A stretch of DNA of 64,000 nucleotides, taken from Tubulanus polymorphus (taxonomy: Eukaryota > Animalia > Nemertea). Below, one piece after another: positions 35,573 through 48,515 of this stretch. Position 1 is the first letter of the stretch, and each line of letters begins with the position of its first letter. The stretch spans positions 5,058,914-5,122,913 of the forward strand of contig NC_134034.1 in the NCBI RefSeq assembly GCF_964204645.1, read 5' to 3'. The notes beneath the pieces are model-generated. The model was not told where the DNA came from. It made no database searches and saw nothing but the letters and a program-made list of their open reading frames with translations. Both the position numbers and the translations under genes were made by a program.

Positions 35573-35949
35573 TAACTGAAGGTAGAGACCGGCAACCAGT
35601 CTAGCACAACTTGAAGGCGTTTCGTCCCTTGTAGTTTTATGTAGTAAAGCGTCACTGCCGTTTGATAATAATCCTTAACGACCAATTGTTTATCGGAACT
35701 TTATAGCGGATAAATACACAATATAAACACTAGGTATTTCAGTGATAATTTGAATTTATTTGCAGTTCATATTTAGCGCCATTCTCGCGAGATTATCAAC
35801 AACCCGGAAATAAAATCCAAGCCCATCGCCAAACCCCTGTGCGTCAGACAACCATCAGTAAACTCTCGGCGGAACAAATTTCTCACCCATTATCAATAGT
35901 AGATTGACTATACAACAGGCCCCCATTCATTATATTAAGCCCCTTACAC

Positions 35950-36630
<681 letters not shown>

Positions 36631-37938
36631 AATTGTATAAATGGAATGTACCCTCTATGAGACCCTGAGAAGAAACTTCTTACCTGACTACTACACGGAC
36701 AATCCATCTGTTTACAAATTCATAGTTTACTAGCTGATAGCTCAATGAACCAATATAATGATATTCAAAGGAAATAAGCTTGCACAAATTCGAATGAGAA
36801 CCCTTAGGGGGAACTATTTTTTATCACCAAGCGTATTTCGGATTAGATGGAATAAGTGTCTGGATCCACACATACACACTAGCACGCACGCACACACACG
36901 GACGCACACACACTTTTGGGAATTTTGTGCTTTCGAAGTTTTGGTCGGCCGAAAACGTGCTTACGATGGCGTTTTCTTAAATATTGAGCATTGTTGTCTG
37001 TTTCTTTCGCTTAGGCACTGTCATTTTGCATATGACTTTCAATAGCCAGCGCTTTGTTTGAGTGTAACCGTCGCCCGGTTGGTGAGCGAAAGCAACAAAA
37101 ACAAGTTGTAGGAAGTTGTACCGTGTTTTTGTTTGTCGATGAAAATATATCAGCGTGTGCGCCAAACACACCCGATTGAAAAAAACAAGTGTGTACGACT
37201 ACGTTGTTCTAACCACAAGTTACTACAGACTACGGCACGTAAATAATTATAGGCCCGGAACAACTTTTAACACGGGAGCCAGGCCTAGGTCAAATCATCG
37301 TCAAATCACCGCGCCATTCAAGAAAGGGACAAATTATTATTATTATTATTATTATTATGTGAATTGCAACTGATTCCGGAAATGACTCACTTCGAATTTT
37401 TCATGCATCGTTTAGTATGGAGTGAATGGTTTTCGTGTAAACTCGGGCCCGGGACAACTCGTCTCCATGTGATCGCGGCTTATTGCGGTACTTAAAACTC
37501 CGTGTCCATATTGAGGGGCATTGTACTTTGTTTCGCAAAAACTTTCACTTGCTACGTCGAAATGAAACATGAAAACAAGAAGCATCGGTGAATCTTTTAA
37601 GATGATTTTATTTTAGAAAACGTAAACAGAGAATTTCATGTTTTGAATCGCGACAGCGGTGGAAGGTACAGTGAGCGGTGACTACCAATGATTCAATTTA
37701 CCCGACACACGAAAGAAAAATCTGAAAAATGAACGGATATACATAGAAATAAATACTCCATAAGATGTTTCGTTTCGCTACATTTATGCTCTTATGAATG
37801 TAGCACTGTGTTATGCCTGACGTTTTGAAACTCCACCTCCGACCTGGAGCTATTTCGATGTCCGTTAAAAGGATATGTACATCGATTTTTATTACCGGTG
37901 TTCCACTGGTTTATGTTCCACTGCTACCTATTTTCAAG

Positions 37939-38215
37939 CAGAGCCGTCGGAAGGAATTTTTCAGTGGCGAGGCTTATTTCTGAAAGGGGGTCTGGGGCCC
38001 CCCTAGAAAGATTTTTGAAAATTCAATCGCCAGAGATGCGTTTTGGGGCCATTTCACGGTCTCATTCACAGAAGCATGAGAAGTCGTGTACCAACCACCT
38101 AGTACAGGGAACGACGAGCTGCTACGCGGTACAGCGTGTTTTTGTAAAAATTTTTGTTAAGCAAAAAAGTGGGGCGGCTTTGGCCGCCCCTGTCGTCCCT
38201 GTTCCAACGGCCCCG
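37939..38215. mobile_element. hAT-like MITE
   Basis: CAGAGCCGTCGGAA ... TTCCAACGGCCCCG termini flanked by the direct repeat tttcaag. Confidence 0.65.
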
Positions 38216-39162
38216 TTTCAAGTACGTAGTACCTAATTTAGATCGAGTAGACTTTTAAGTTCATCATTGAAAAAGGGAGCCAAAACAGTACTCCGAAGCA
38301 GTCATAAAGGTATATCTAAGTCTTCTTGTTTCATTGACGTTTCGGGTAGAATGCTTATGTACCCATCGTCAGAGTTTATACGAAATGACAGTCCATTGTA
38401 GAAACTACTTTATAAAGTTTACATTACGAGGGAGGATTTTATTATGGTACTAAGCGTTCACACGGTTGGATTATTCGCGGCATATTCGCGGCTTATTCGG
38501 TACCGTACTGAAATACCGGGCTTGTTGAGCGTAGCCAGTAACCCGATCTCAATAATGTGGTCTACAGAGCTGGCCGCGTATTTTCTGCTGTGTGACCGCG
38601 GATTCGGTCGCGTATGGCAGTACGCTACTCTAAACCAGGGGGTGAATGTCGTTTATCACGCGAGTGGCAGTTTTTACTTTCGTTTTCAACATAAGAAGCC
38701 ACTTCAACGAACGAAGATAAAGTCACATGATTTATTGTCGCTCTCTTGTAATAATATACGACGTACGTATTTTTCCTCGAGCTTTATTTTATAATTGTAA
38801 CACCAAATTGACAATTCACACTGCAGTTCGGAAAATAAGAAAGCAAATTAAGAATGGTGGATTCAAAATGTATACATGTACAAGAAAACGACAATAGCGT
38901 GGAATCGTCAACTCGAAATCACTCTCAATAACGGCATAACTAGAGCGCTTACTAAGTTCCGAACCAACTCGCTTTCTGTAAGCGCGACAAAACTATACGT
39001 CAGTGCGTAAGTACGTCGTATGATGCGTGGCAAGCCGAGGAACCCGCGTGAACGCCGCTATAGATGATATAGTTTATGTCGAGAACCGCACTCTTCCGTC
39101 AGTTATAATTGATAATTCATACAAACCCATTGTTTTGCTGGCTTTTTGTAAATAATAGCTTT

Positions 39163-39297
39163 TTACTTTCGTCCAACTCTTGAGAAGTCAACCGGTAAAT
39201 TCCACAGTGAGTCGATCGTTCCGGAGTTTCGCTTCCGAGCGGTGCTGTCACTACTCATTACTATCTTCATGATTCTGGCGGCATTTTGCAAAATTTC
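39163..39297 (-). CDS. pdf: PDF/cerebrin precursor, coding exon 2 (mature peptide NSGTIDSLWNLPVDFSRV-amide)
   Basis: Acceptor tattgtag|; EILQNAARIMKIVMSSDSTAR-KR-NSGTIDSLWNLPVDFSRV-G-RK*; dibasic cleavage site, amidation glycine, and N..T.D.L.NLP pattern like Aplysia cerebrin and arthropod PDH. Confidence 0.9.
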   Translation of the reverse strand, partial: EILQNAARIMKIVMSSDSTARKRNSGTIDSLWNLPVDFSRVGRK

Positions 39298-39818
39298 CTA
39301 CAATACCAACAAAGAAAATCTAATTAGAGAACTATCCATGAGTTTTCCTGATTTGCTGTACCCATTTGTAGCACTGCGCACGTTTGGTCCAGATATGAAA
39401 ACCTGGTTTAAACTTACCCATACATACAGGTCGATGGATTCTAGACAGATATTTTCAACATTTAAAGATCTCTTTCAACATTAAGATTTACACATAGAAA
39501 ACAACCAAAAATACAAAAAATTTACCCTAATTAGTCGCTTGCCCGTTCAGGCTAAATGGAAGATTGTTTGAATGAACCGGAACCGAATTTCCCAATTATG
39601 TACTTCAATTTAAACAAAAAATTATGTAAACTCGACCGCAGATCACACAACTACTACTTCGATTTCCGATTTTAAAATCAAACCCCCTGTTTCGCTCCCG
39701 GCAGGTGTGGTGGGCCTGTAAGGGACACTCAATAAAAAAAAAATCAAACAAAATTTACCTACCAAAGGGACAATCCCTATATTTAAACATCAAGATTTGT
39801 TGAGACGTAATTACTAAC

Positions 39819-39917
39819 CTGTTTTTCGGCTTCTTGGTTCGAATGTGGGGCCGCCAAACTCTGACCAATCAAAACGAAGCACACAAGCACCAACAAAACT
39901 GTCACTCTGCGTTTCAT
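39819..39917 (-). CDS. pdf: PDF/cerebrin precursor, coding exon 1 (signal peptide)
   Basis: MKRRVTVLLVLVCFVLIGQSLAAPHSNQEAEKQ; acceptor ttctctgatttcag 8 nt upstream of the ATG; phase-0 donor CAG|GTTAGT. Confidence 0.85.
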
Positions 39918-42900
39918 TCTTGAGACTGAAATCAGAGAATTTACATTCTTTTCAAGAGGTAGGCCCTTTTGGAACACGTTTTTCAATAAGGACAGGATTA
40001 TCAAAAAGTCCTTAAAACTGGTAACTTTTATAATAAAACAAAAGCCTAATTTGTCAGAAATTTTGGAATCAAACGATAATGCAGCGAGAATACCTTGCCC
40101 CATTCCTAATTTTGCTCTGAAATATTTGGTAAGATCCCTTAGATTTTAGTTCTGGATAATGGTTTCCGTTGGCGAGTTCAATATAGAGGGACTGGTGAAT
40201 ACGGTGTGATTGCATTTGAAGGCTTTTTATCATATCAATATGACACCCGTTAAGTTCGGTTTCACATTGTCCAACTTTGAATAGTTATCGGAGATCAGTA
40301 TGAGGAAATGAATATAGCTATTTAGGTTTCATACCTTTTAAGTATTTCAACTTTCCAAAGTCGAGACAACATTTAACCTGATAGTTGAACTGTATAAATG
40401 TAATTTGTTTTTGAAACAAGAATCCGCTGACGGAAAATAACGGCTTGAATTAAAAAGTAAAATCTCGGCAACGGGTGAACGACTTAGCACGATACAAGAT
40501 ACCGGTATATTGAATATTAAGAAATTACTGGTGACACGTGTATTATCAGAGCTTACCACTGGCAGGTGACGGGGTAAGCCGCTTTTGATATAATTAAAAC
40601 TGTCATGTCTTGCGACTACCGTTGCAAAATTAATGATCGAATATGCGTTATATTTAACCGTAATTTTCATTTTCAAACCATATCAAATTAAGTTCTAATG
40701 TGTGTAAAAAACCTATCAGCGAATTAATTTATTTCATTCATGAGTTAATCCACACAAAAGCGTTGGGTGTGCCGCACAAACACGTGACGTAGTTTTCAAT
40801 CAACTTGGATAGTATAAAATTGTCTGCAGGCTTATAGATAAAGATACACAGTAAGATAAAATACAAAGTAATGTAGAACAAGCCATGAAACTGCTTTAAT
40901 TACCGTCCCCCGCCCAACTAGCATCGAAGTAAATCCCTCCTCACCATCTGCAAGCTGAAAAAAGACCAGCTGACTTCACAGGTGTCTTCCCATTTCGCAT
41001 CCTATCTATTCCTATTTTGCCCCTTCCCATCTCACTCCTATCAATCTTTTTTCGTCCTACCAATCTTTTTCAATCGCCATTCCCGCGTGGAAATTTGATT
41101 TTCGATGTTGTTTCTCGACTGATAAGATCATTTAGATTTGTATATCGTGGATTTTATACTTGACACTCTATTCCACTTCTGAGTAAGGCTACTCGACTAC
41201 GATATTGACAAAATTTCTAGTCTACGATCAGATTACTTTTGATACATAACTCGTCTGAATTGTTCTAGTTTTTTTTGTCTTTGCTATAAAAATCATGTCA
41301 CAATATCAAACGTAGCATCTTTGATAATCTACAAAAAAGTGATAGGGAAGGGGACAGAAATGACAAAGGACAAAATGGGAAAAAACCGACTCCACCCGGG
41401 TGAATCTAATATACGTGACCGCTTCCACAGCCACTCATCACGTGATATTCAAATGGTACTCAAAGTGTCTCTTTAACGTTAGAGTCTAACCCAACCGATT
41501 GTTGTATCCTGTAATTCCTTAATACATTTTTGTGACCAGAAATCTTCTTATCTCATCACATCTTATCAGTATGAAGATCGATTCTGACAGCGTAAAAGCT
41601 TTTTAAACCACGCTACGACTTTATGAAATAATGAGGGTTTATTGACAAAATCTGTTTTTGTGACGTGTCGAACTCGAAAGATAATTTGATTAATATTTGA
41701 AGATGCGTGGATAGTGGTGTGTGGAGAGTTGAGAGAACGTATAACACGTGGTTATTGTTTAGTAAACCGAGTTGGGGAAGTACTTGAAGTAAACAGCTAG
41801 TGATAAAACGTGACAAATTGAATTAGTGGTGAAACCTACGGAGTGAAGTTTATACCGGAGAGTACGTATGAATAATCCTGGTGACGAGTATATTTTAAAA
41901 GCATCCAATTACTACACTACTCTAACGAGCAGGTCTTCGAGATGAGATCTAAGGAAGTAGAAATAGAACAAACTCAGTTCTATGAAAATCACAACAAAAC
42001 CCCCATAACAATGCTATCATTCCATTCTGAAGTTAATTTTGTACTTAAGTTTTAGAAATGTTAATAAATTATTCATTTTACTCGTGGAAATACGTAATTC
42101 ATAATTTTTCTAAATCCGTACTGGATTTTTGGTCTATTGACCAACATAACGTAGTAACTCGGTATTTCCAACCGCTTAATCCATACCGCTGAGATTGCCA
42201 TCGCAAAACCTGAAAAAATGTGTACGTTTAGACATTCATTGTCACCGGCTTGTTCACCGAGTGGGAGCCACTTTGAGTTTCGTTTCCTTTTAGGTTCCGT
42301 GCGGCGATACCGCTCCCGTTTTATGTATGTCCCCGAAGCCACGACACTCCACTCAAACAAATGGAGACATTCTCTGATTCGAGCTTTTTAAGATTTTTGG
42401 GTTCATCTCATTGATTTTCAAAAAAGTGTATTTATATCTATATAACGCGATTTATTATCAACGAACTGAGTTTTTCTGCGCCGTATCGAGGCTTTGTTCT
42501 AAGTTTAACACCGAGGTACAGGTTTTATGACAGTGATGGATCAACCAAGGGGCGAGCGCTCCCCCTCAAAATTTAAAGGTGCCGTACAAGACAATTGCAG
42601 ACTTTTCTTTTCTTAAATGTAATTTTTTTCTGAAACTAAACCATCCTTATTCGGTGTGTCAAAAATATTTTTGATGTTTTCGGGTGACTTTCCACCAGAT
42701 AAGCGCAGATAGCTCTAAAATTGCATCAAATTTAGAACGTTTTATGGGGCAAAGCTCCCAGACCAATCCCCTAGGGGCTTCGCACCGAGACGCTCCGAGA
42801 GTGCCCTTATTTACCGAAATTTGCCCTAATTTTCCCTGCAACGTTCAACATGTGCCTCAGTATAAACTTGAATAGGGAGATAATTTCTCCCCAATGCAGG

Positions 42901-43124
42901 TATTGGATTAAAGAACGGTGATATCTGGATGGAATTAGAAACATATCGATCTCGCGTTGACCAGGGACGTGTGAGGTGTTAAACATCTGGCGCCGGTAAG
43001 GTAGGGATACGTCACAGGTGCATCGAGAGAGATGGTTATTGTTCCCGCATAGAAACCTACCGTCCTTCCGAGAAGAATCTGTTAACGGGTAAATGTCCCT
43101 CGATATAGAAATTGTCGCGTGTTT

Positions 43125-43153
43125 CAGAGAGAGAGAGAGAGAGAGAGAGAGAA
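43125..43153. repeat. (GA)n microsatellite
   Basis: Direct reading. Confidence 0.95.
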
Positions 43154-46100
43154 ATGTTGCGACATTTTTCACCTGTTCGGAAATGAGCTGTCATTGATTT
43201 GGACTCCTCTCGAGAAGGGGAGTCAAAGACGTTTTACATGATTGATGAACAATAAATGGTCCCTAAATGCGAGGAAACGCGGATTTCAGAACGATACAGG
43301 ATCCTTATTTTCTACCCCCTTAGGATACCGACTATAAGAACTAAATTCCACATTTGTGAGTCAACTATTGAGATAATTAGAAAATCAATATTCAAACAAT
43401 CCCTAATCGATTCGATTCTGTTTCACACAGTCCCGAGTCGGAAAAGATGTTTTTTTTAATTGTATACCGTCGATGGCCCCAAAGCTGGAAATTTCCCCCG
43501 AATTAGTATTGGAAGTAACAAACAAAAGGTTGGACTTGAAATTATCTACAAGGCCATGGGAGAAGCACTGACTTCTGTTCCGCCAGGTTATCATGGATTC
43601 ACGTACCGGGTACTACAGTTTGACGTACGTTTACGGATTCACATGGTATTAACTTATCGGGAAAGTAACCGTATGCAGTATTTCGTAAATAATGAAAATG
43701 AATTTCTCTAATTTTTTTCTATGTCTTTGTCTGACCTACACGATTGAAAAAACTTAGACTGTAAGAACACGGTAGAGTATAGAATAATCCGTTGCGGTGA
43801 CAAACGAAACCACAATTAGAAAAATTACATCCTAATTTTTCTGAAACCTCATGATCCCTGGATTGAAAATATGTGGGGTGCAAAGCTCTTACATGAAAAT
43901 CATATTCAGCCAAAAACGAACTAATCGGCTGGGTTTAAAGACAGTGCTGTCAAGGCTTAGATTTACGACCAGTCAAAGACGACTTAGTTCAACATGCCAA
44001 CCAAAAACTAACAAGACAGGCAGTCATGCAATCTAAGACCACATTTTGGACTTGAGCCACAACTGGGCCAATCCATATTAGACTTATCCAAGGGTCTGTT
44101 TTCCAAGGTGTTGGAGAAAAGTCGGCCTACACACACTCTATCGTAAGATCCCTGATCGCACGCGGCCTATACGTGTGTTCCATTTCTAGATCGGTATCGA
44201 CATGCGCACCTGCAAATTCAATACGCAAATTCCATAACAATTAGTAGAAAAAAGAGAACGTTAATCGCGAATATTTAGATGGAGTGAATGCGATATCTTT
44301 CCTTAGATTAGGTGTCGGTAATCTGCAAACGTCATTTATCACGTACAGCGGTTTAATGAACTGTGTGTATTACCTAGTTTGATCAGTATAGGCTACACGA
44401 TGTTTTCGCGTCTCAGCCACATCGTCCGATCAGTCCATGCGGAAATAAATTTACTGACAGTGGTCAAATGTGAAAAATCATCATCGGTATTCATCCAGTC
44501 GATATAAGAAGACTCGCAATTGAAGAAAAAATGAGTAACAGCTAGTTCAAGAGCGGTAAGATGTTTAAGGAAGTTAACTATGTAATTAAGCGTAATTGCG
44601 AGTATTTGAATTTAGATTTGCTGATGTTTGAGGGTAGGGATACGAAAAACAAATTGGACAATTGTATTTGCATCTGTTTCTTGACCAAATGTTTGTTCGA
44701 ATCATCTGCCTCCAAAAGCTATGGGTTTGATTAAAGTTTTTTTTAAGGGCAATTAAGAAATTTGAGGAGCAGTCCCCAGACGTCCTTTAATTACGTAGTT
44801 TAAGGTAATAGTATATTAAGGTAATATAGAATTGTTTTTATTAAGGTTAGTACGAAATTCGGTTAGTGCGACGACAATTTCCCGCGGGCATCGTAAACAA
44901 GTTTCGACTGTACCCATTCGAGATACACATTCGTGACCTTAGTCCAAAAGTGCTCTGAAATCTTAGTTATTATCAGATTGTCCATGGAACTTTGATGGTT
45001 TAGACTGGTCTTACGTCTAAGTTAGAATTGGTCGAATTACCGCGTGACTAAGCCTCAGTCAGAGCGTTGATTTATGAGACTCGTCAGTAGAAGTTTCTTA
45101 CTGCCTTAGGTTGAGGTCTGACGCTTTGATTGAATTTGTCGTCGTTTATTTTCACTTTTCGGCAAAAAACAAACATTCTGTTCCAAGTGCCATTAGCGAC
45201 ATTTCAAGTATGTTATCGGTTCTGTGCGGAGACTAAATTAATTTTCATAAACATCTTCACAATGGGATACCGGCACCACCAGATGACGCAACAAACACTG
45301 GGCCATTCGTAGTAAAAATCAGTTCATTTTCAATGAAATTAGAACTTGATATTAAAGCTTCTAAATAAGAATATTATCAAACAAGTAATTGGATAGATAT
45401 AATGTCCGCTTTTTCCGCTCTCATTATATGGTACAGACTTCGCTGAAAATTGATTTACTAATGAGAAAAATGATTAGAATTTAATTGAAATGTAGAATAA
45501 AACTGAAGTGCGGCTAGCGTTCCTAGCCGATTATCACTAAATCTATGCTTCATGCAGTGCCGAAATCCCATTCTATCACGGGCATTTCCAAAAAAAAATT
45601 AAATGCCGTGTTCTCACCGGCAAGTACCACAGGCCTTATTTGGTAAACGCCCATCCCCTTGAGTTTTCACCAAATATCGGAATTAAAAGGGAGCGGGGAA
45701 TATAGGGTATCGCCAGAATTCCATTCTCAATATCACCATTAGGAGGTTCTGAAATTTTGTAAATTTAGAAAAAAATTAGATCTGAAATATTCAAACGATT
45801 TGGTGGTCTCTTTTGGACAAATCTAATATGGGTGACCTTTTTTCTAAGAAGATTTCAAAATGTGAATTAACATACTAATATACAACCCCTAAATAAGTCA
45901 GCCCCACCACACAATAGATTGTTCGCTTTAAAAAGGTGGGAGAACCACTATGGGCCATCTTACTAAGCGTGTTTTACAGAAATGAATAGAGCTCGTGAAT
46001 TTTACATCGTATTTCCGGGAATTTCGTATCCACACAGTTTTTTTTTTACTTCAGCATCGAGGTTGTCGTTACACGACTTTACCTCTATCAAACCGAAGCC

Positions 46101-47213
46101 ACACGGAATAATTTTTGCATACTCGCAGCGCCGCATGGTGAGAATAGTATAATATTCTCAGCATCCGTTGTGCAGGCATGCTGCAGATGGGGTACAAGCC
46201 GGGGCTGCCATTCTTATCACGCCCAATAGCCTAAACTCACTTGATCCCCCCAAACAAACTCTCATACCCCAAATCTCACTTATCCTCAACCCCAACACTC
46301 AAAACAAACCGAATCTGACTCCAAAATGTCGGGAAAGGCAAGGGTGGTAAAAGAAACCTACAAATCCAGCGTTGGCGTAACAGAATCACCAGGAATTGAC
46401 CAGGCGATCCCTATACAGACTATCGTCTACGAATTTAACACAGATGAACACCCTAATGCATCGTACAAGCAGGGAGAAATCGTCATAACCGAAATGCATA
46501 AGAGAAAAGATAGGGACCGTCCGGCCAACCCCTAGCCAACATGACAAAAGCCATGTAAAACGGTTAGAGACCCGCGACTAGAGAGCCACAGGAACCCCAA
46601 ACGCTAAATATTATCAAATCACATAATTGATTGCATAATACAAGACGAGGTGCAAAAGAAATCATTCCATCCAATCACCTTTTCATCTACCTCAACATTC
46701 TGTAACACAATCAAATGAACAAACTGTTCGACGTCGAGAAGAGCTTATTTTTCTTTTAATAACTTCACAGGCTAATCATTAAGTTCTTGTTAACACGACA
46801 GTGGCTCTGAATTCACCAAGATAAACCGTAACAATATTGGTCCCTAGAATACATCACAAGATGGATCAAATCCACGAATAAAATCCAATTACCCAAGTTA
46901 ACTCAGCTAAAATAAGACTTAGGGACACTCGCTGCGCATGTACAGTCATCTACCCGGAATAATACAACAAAAAAGATATACATGTATTTTTCTGTATATA
47001 CAAACAACGATTATGCCGACTGAAAACGACGAAGGTGAAAGGTTTGGGGCTCGCTAGAGGGTTCGATCGTGGACAAAAACGTTCTAACATACAACTAAGG
47101 GCAAACTAAAATAGAACCATATTCCTAATCTACCTCCCAACGCTCTGACTGACCCAACTGACATTTAAAACAACTCATAATCGCAAATAAATTTTGACTG
47201 TATTTTTTTTCAT

Positions 47214-48515
47214 TTTTCTCATCCTCTTATTTTCTAGTTGTCTTATCTTATATTAATTAACATTTGAAATCATCATTCTCCTTCAAAATTCTAACTCCAG
47301 TCTACTAACAAAGTAGACCGACGACGTGTGACCAAAACGTCAGATTCTAGCTTCCGGTTTGCTTGTCAGGCAAACTCAACGACGATGCGCAGAACGTTAG
47401 GCTACAAATACATATCTCATAAGCCTACGTGGATCCAATACGAAAAGTTAACTCACGACGTTTGACCAAAACGAAACAGGCCAGAGTCTCTCGGTTTGCT
47501 GGTCAGGCAAACTCAGCGACGATACCCAGAACGTTAGGCTCAAATAACTTAGAAACTCGCCACAGACAACGCATACTTGGCCAACTGTAAGGAACGTCCT
47601 GCGGCTTTGAAAACCATAGCCACACTGACTAACTTCCGCATAATAAGTTTACAGTTTACAGTTTATTTGACAAACTCAAGGTCTACAATTTAGACAATAT
47701 GAGTGAAAAATATGACATACAGAACTTCCGCATAATCGCAGCGCCGCATGGTGAGAATAGAATGCAGTTCACCACTCACCTCTGATGTGAATAAAAGGTT
47801 ATCGTCGTGATAACTGTTATCAGATTTACCACTGACTCAGTTAGGGAGTGTAGCAAAATCTCAATTTTCTCATCCTCTTATTTTCTAGTTGTCTTATCTT
47901 ATATTAATTAACATTTGAAATCATCATTCTCCTTCAAAATTCTAACTCCAGTCTACTAACAAAGTAGACCGACGACGTGTGACCAAAACGTCAGATTCTA
48001 GCTTCCGGTTTGCTTGTCAGGCAAACTCAACGACGATGCGCAGAACGTTAGGCTACAAATACATATCTCATAAGCCTACGTGGATCCAATACGAAAAGTT
48101 AACTCACGACGTTTGACCAAAACGAAACAGGCCAGAGTCTCTCGGTTTGCTGGTCAGGCAAACTCAGCGACGATACCCAGAACGTTAGGCTCAAATAACT
48201 TAGAAACTCGCCACAGACAACGCATACTTGGCCAACTGTAAGGAACGTCCTGCGGCTTTGAAAACCATAGCCACACTGACTAACTTCCGCATAATAAGTT
48301 TACAGTTTACAGTTTATTTGACAAACTCAAGGTCTACAATTTAGACAATATGAGTGAAAAATATGACATACAGAACTTCCGCATAATCGCAGCGCCGCAT
48401 GGTGAGAATAGAATGCAGTTCACCACTCACCTCTGATGTGAATAAAAGGTTATCGTCGTGATAACTGTTATCAGATTTACCACTGACTCAGTTAGGGAGT
48501 GTAGCAAAATCTCAA
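47214..48515 (+). repeat. 651-bp tandem duplication
   Basis: 47214-47864 matches 47865-48515 with no difference noticed by eye. Confidence 0.93.

Noticed and set aside
39411-39445. Possible extra pdf exon ending at a GTAAGT donor
   Set aside because: The nearest acceptor gives 23 nt, which breaks the frame; direct splicing already yields a coherent precursor.
39783-40103. 106-aa ORF as a complete gene
   Set aside because: Only 39819-39917 appears coding (pdf exon); the rest lies beyond splice signals.
40775-41450. CACGTG E-boxes upstream of pdf as circadian elements
   Set aside because: A 6-mer expected by chance, and the transcription start is unknown.
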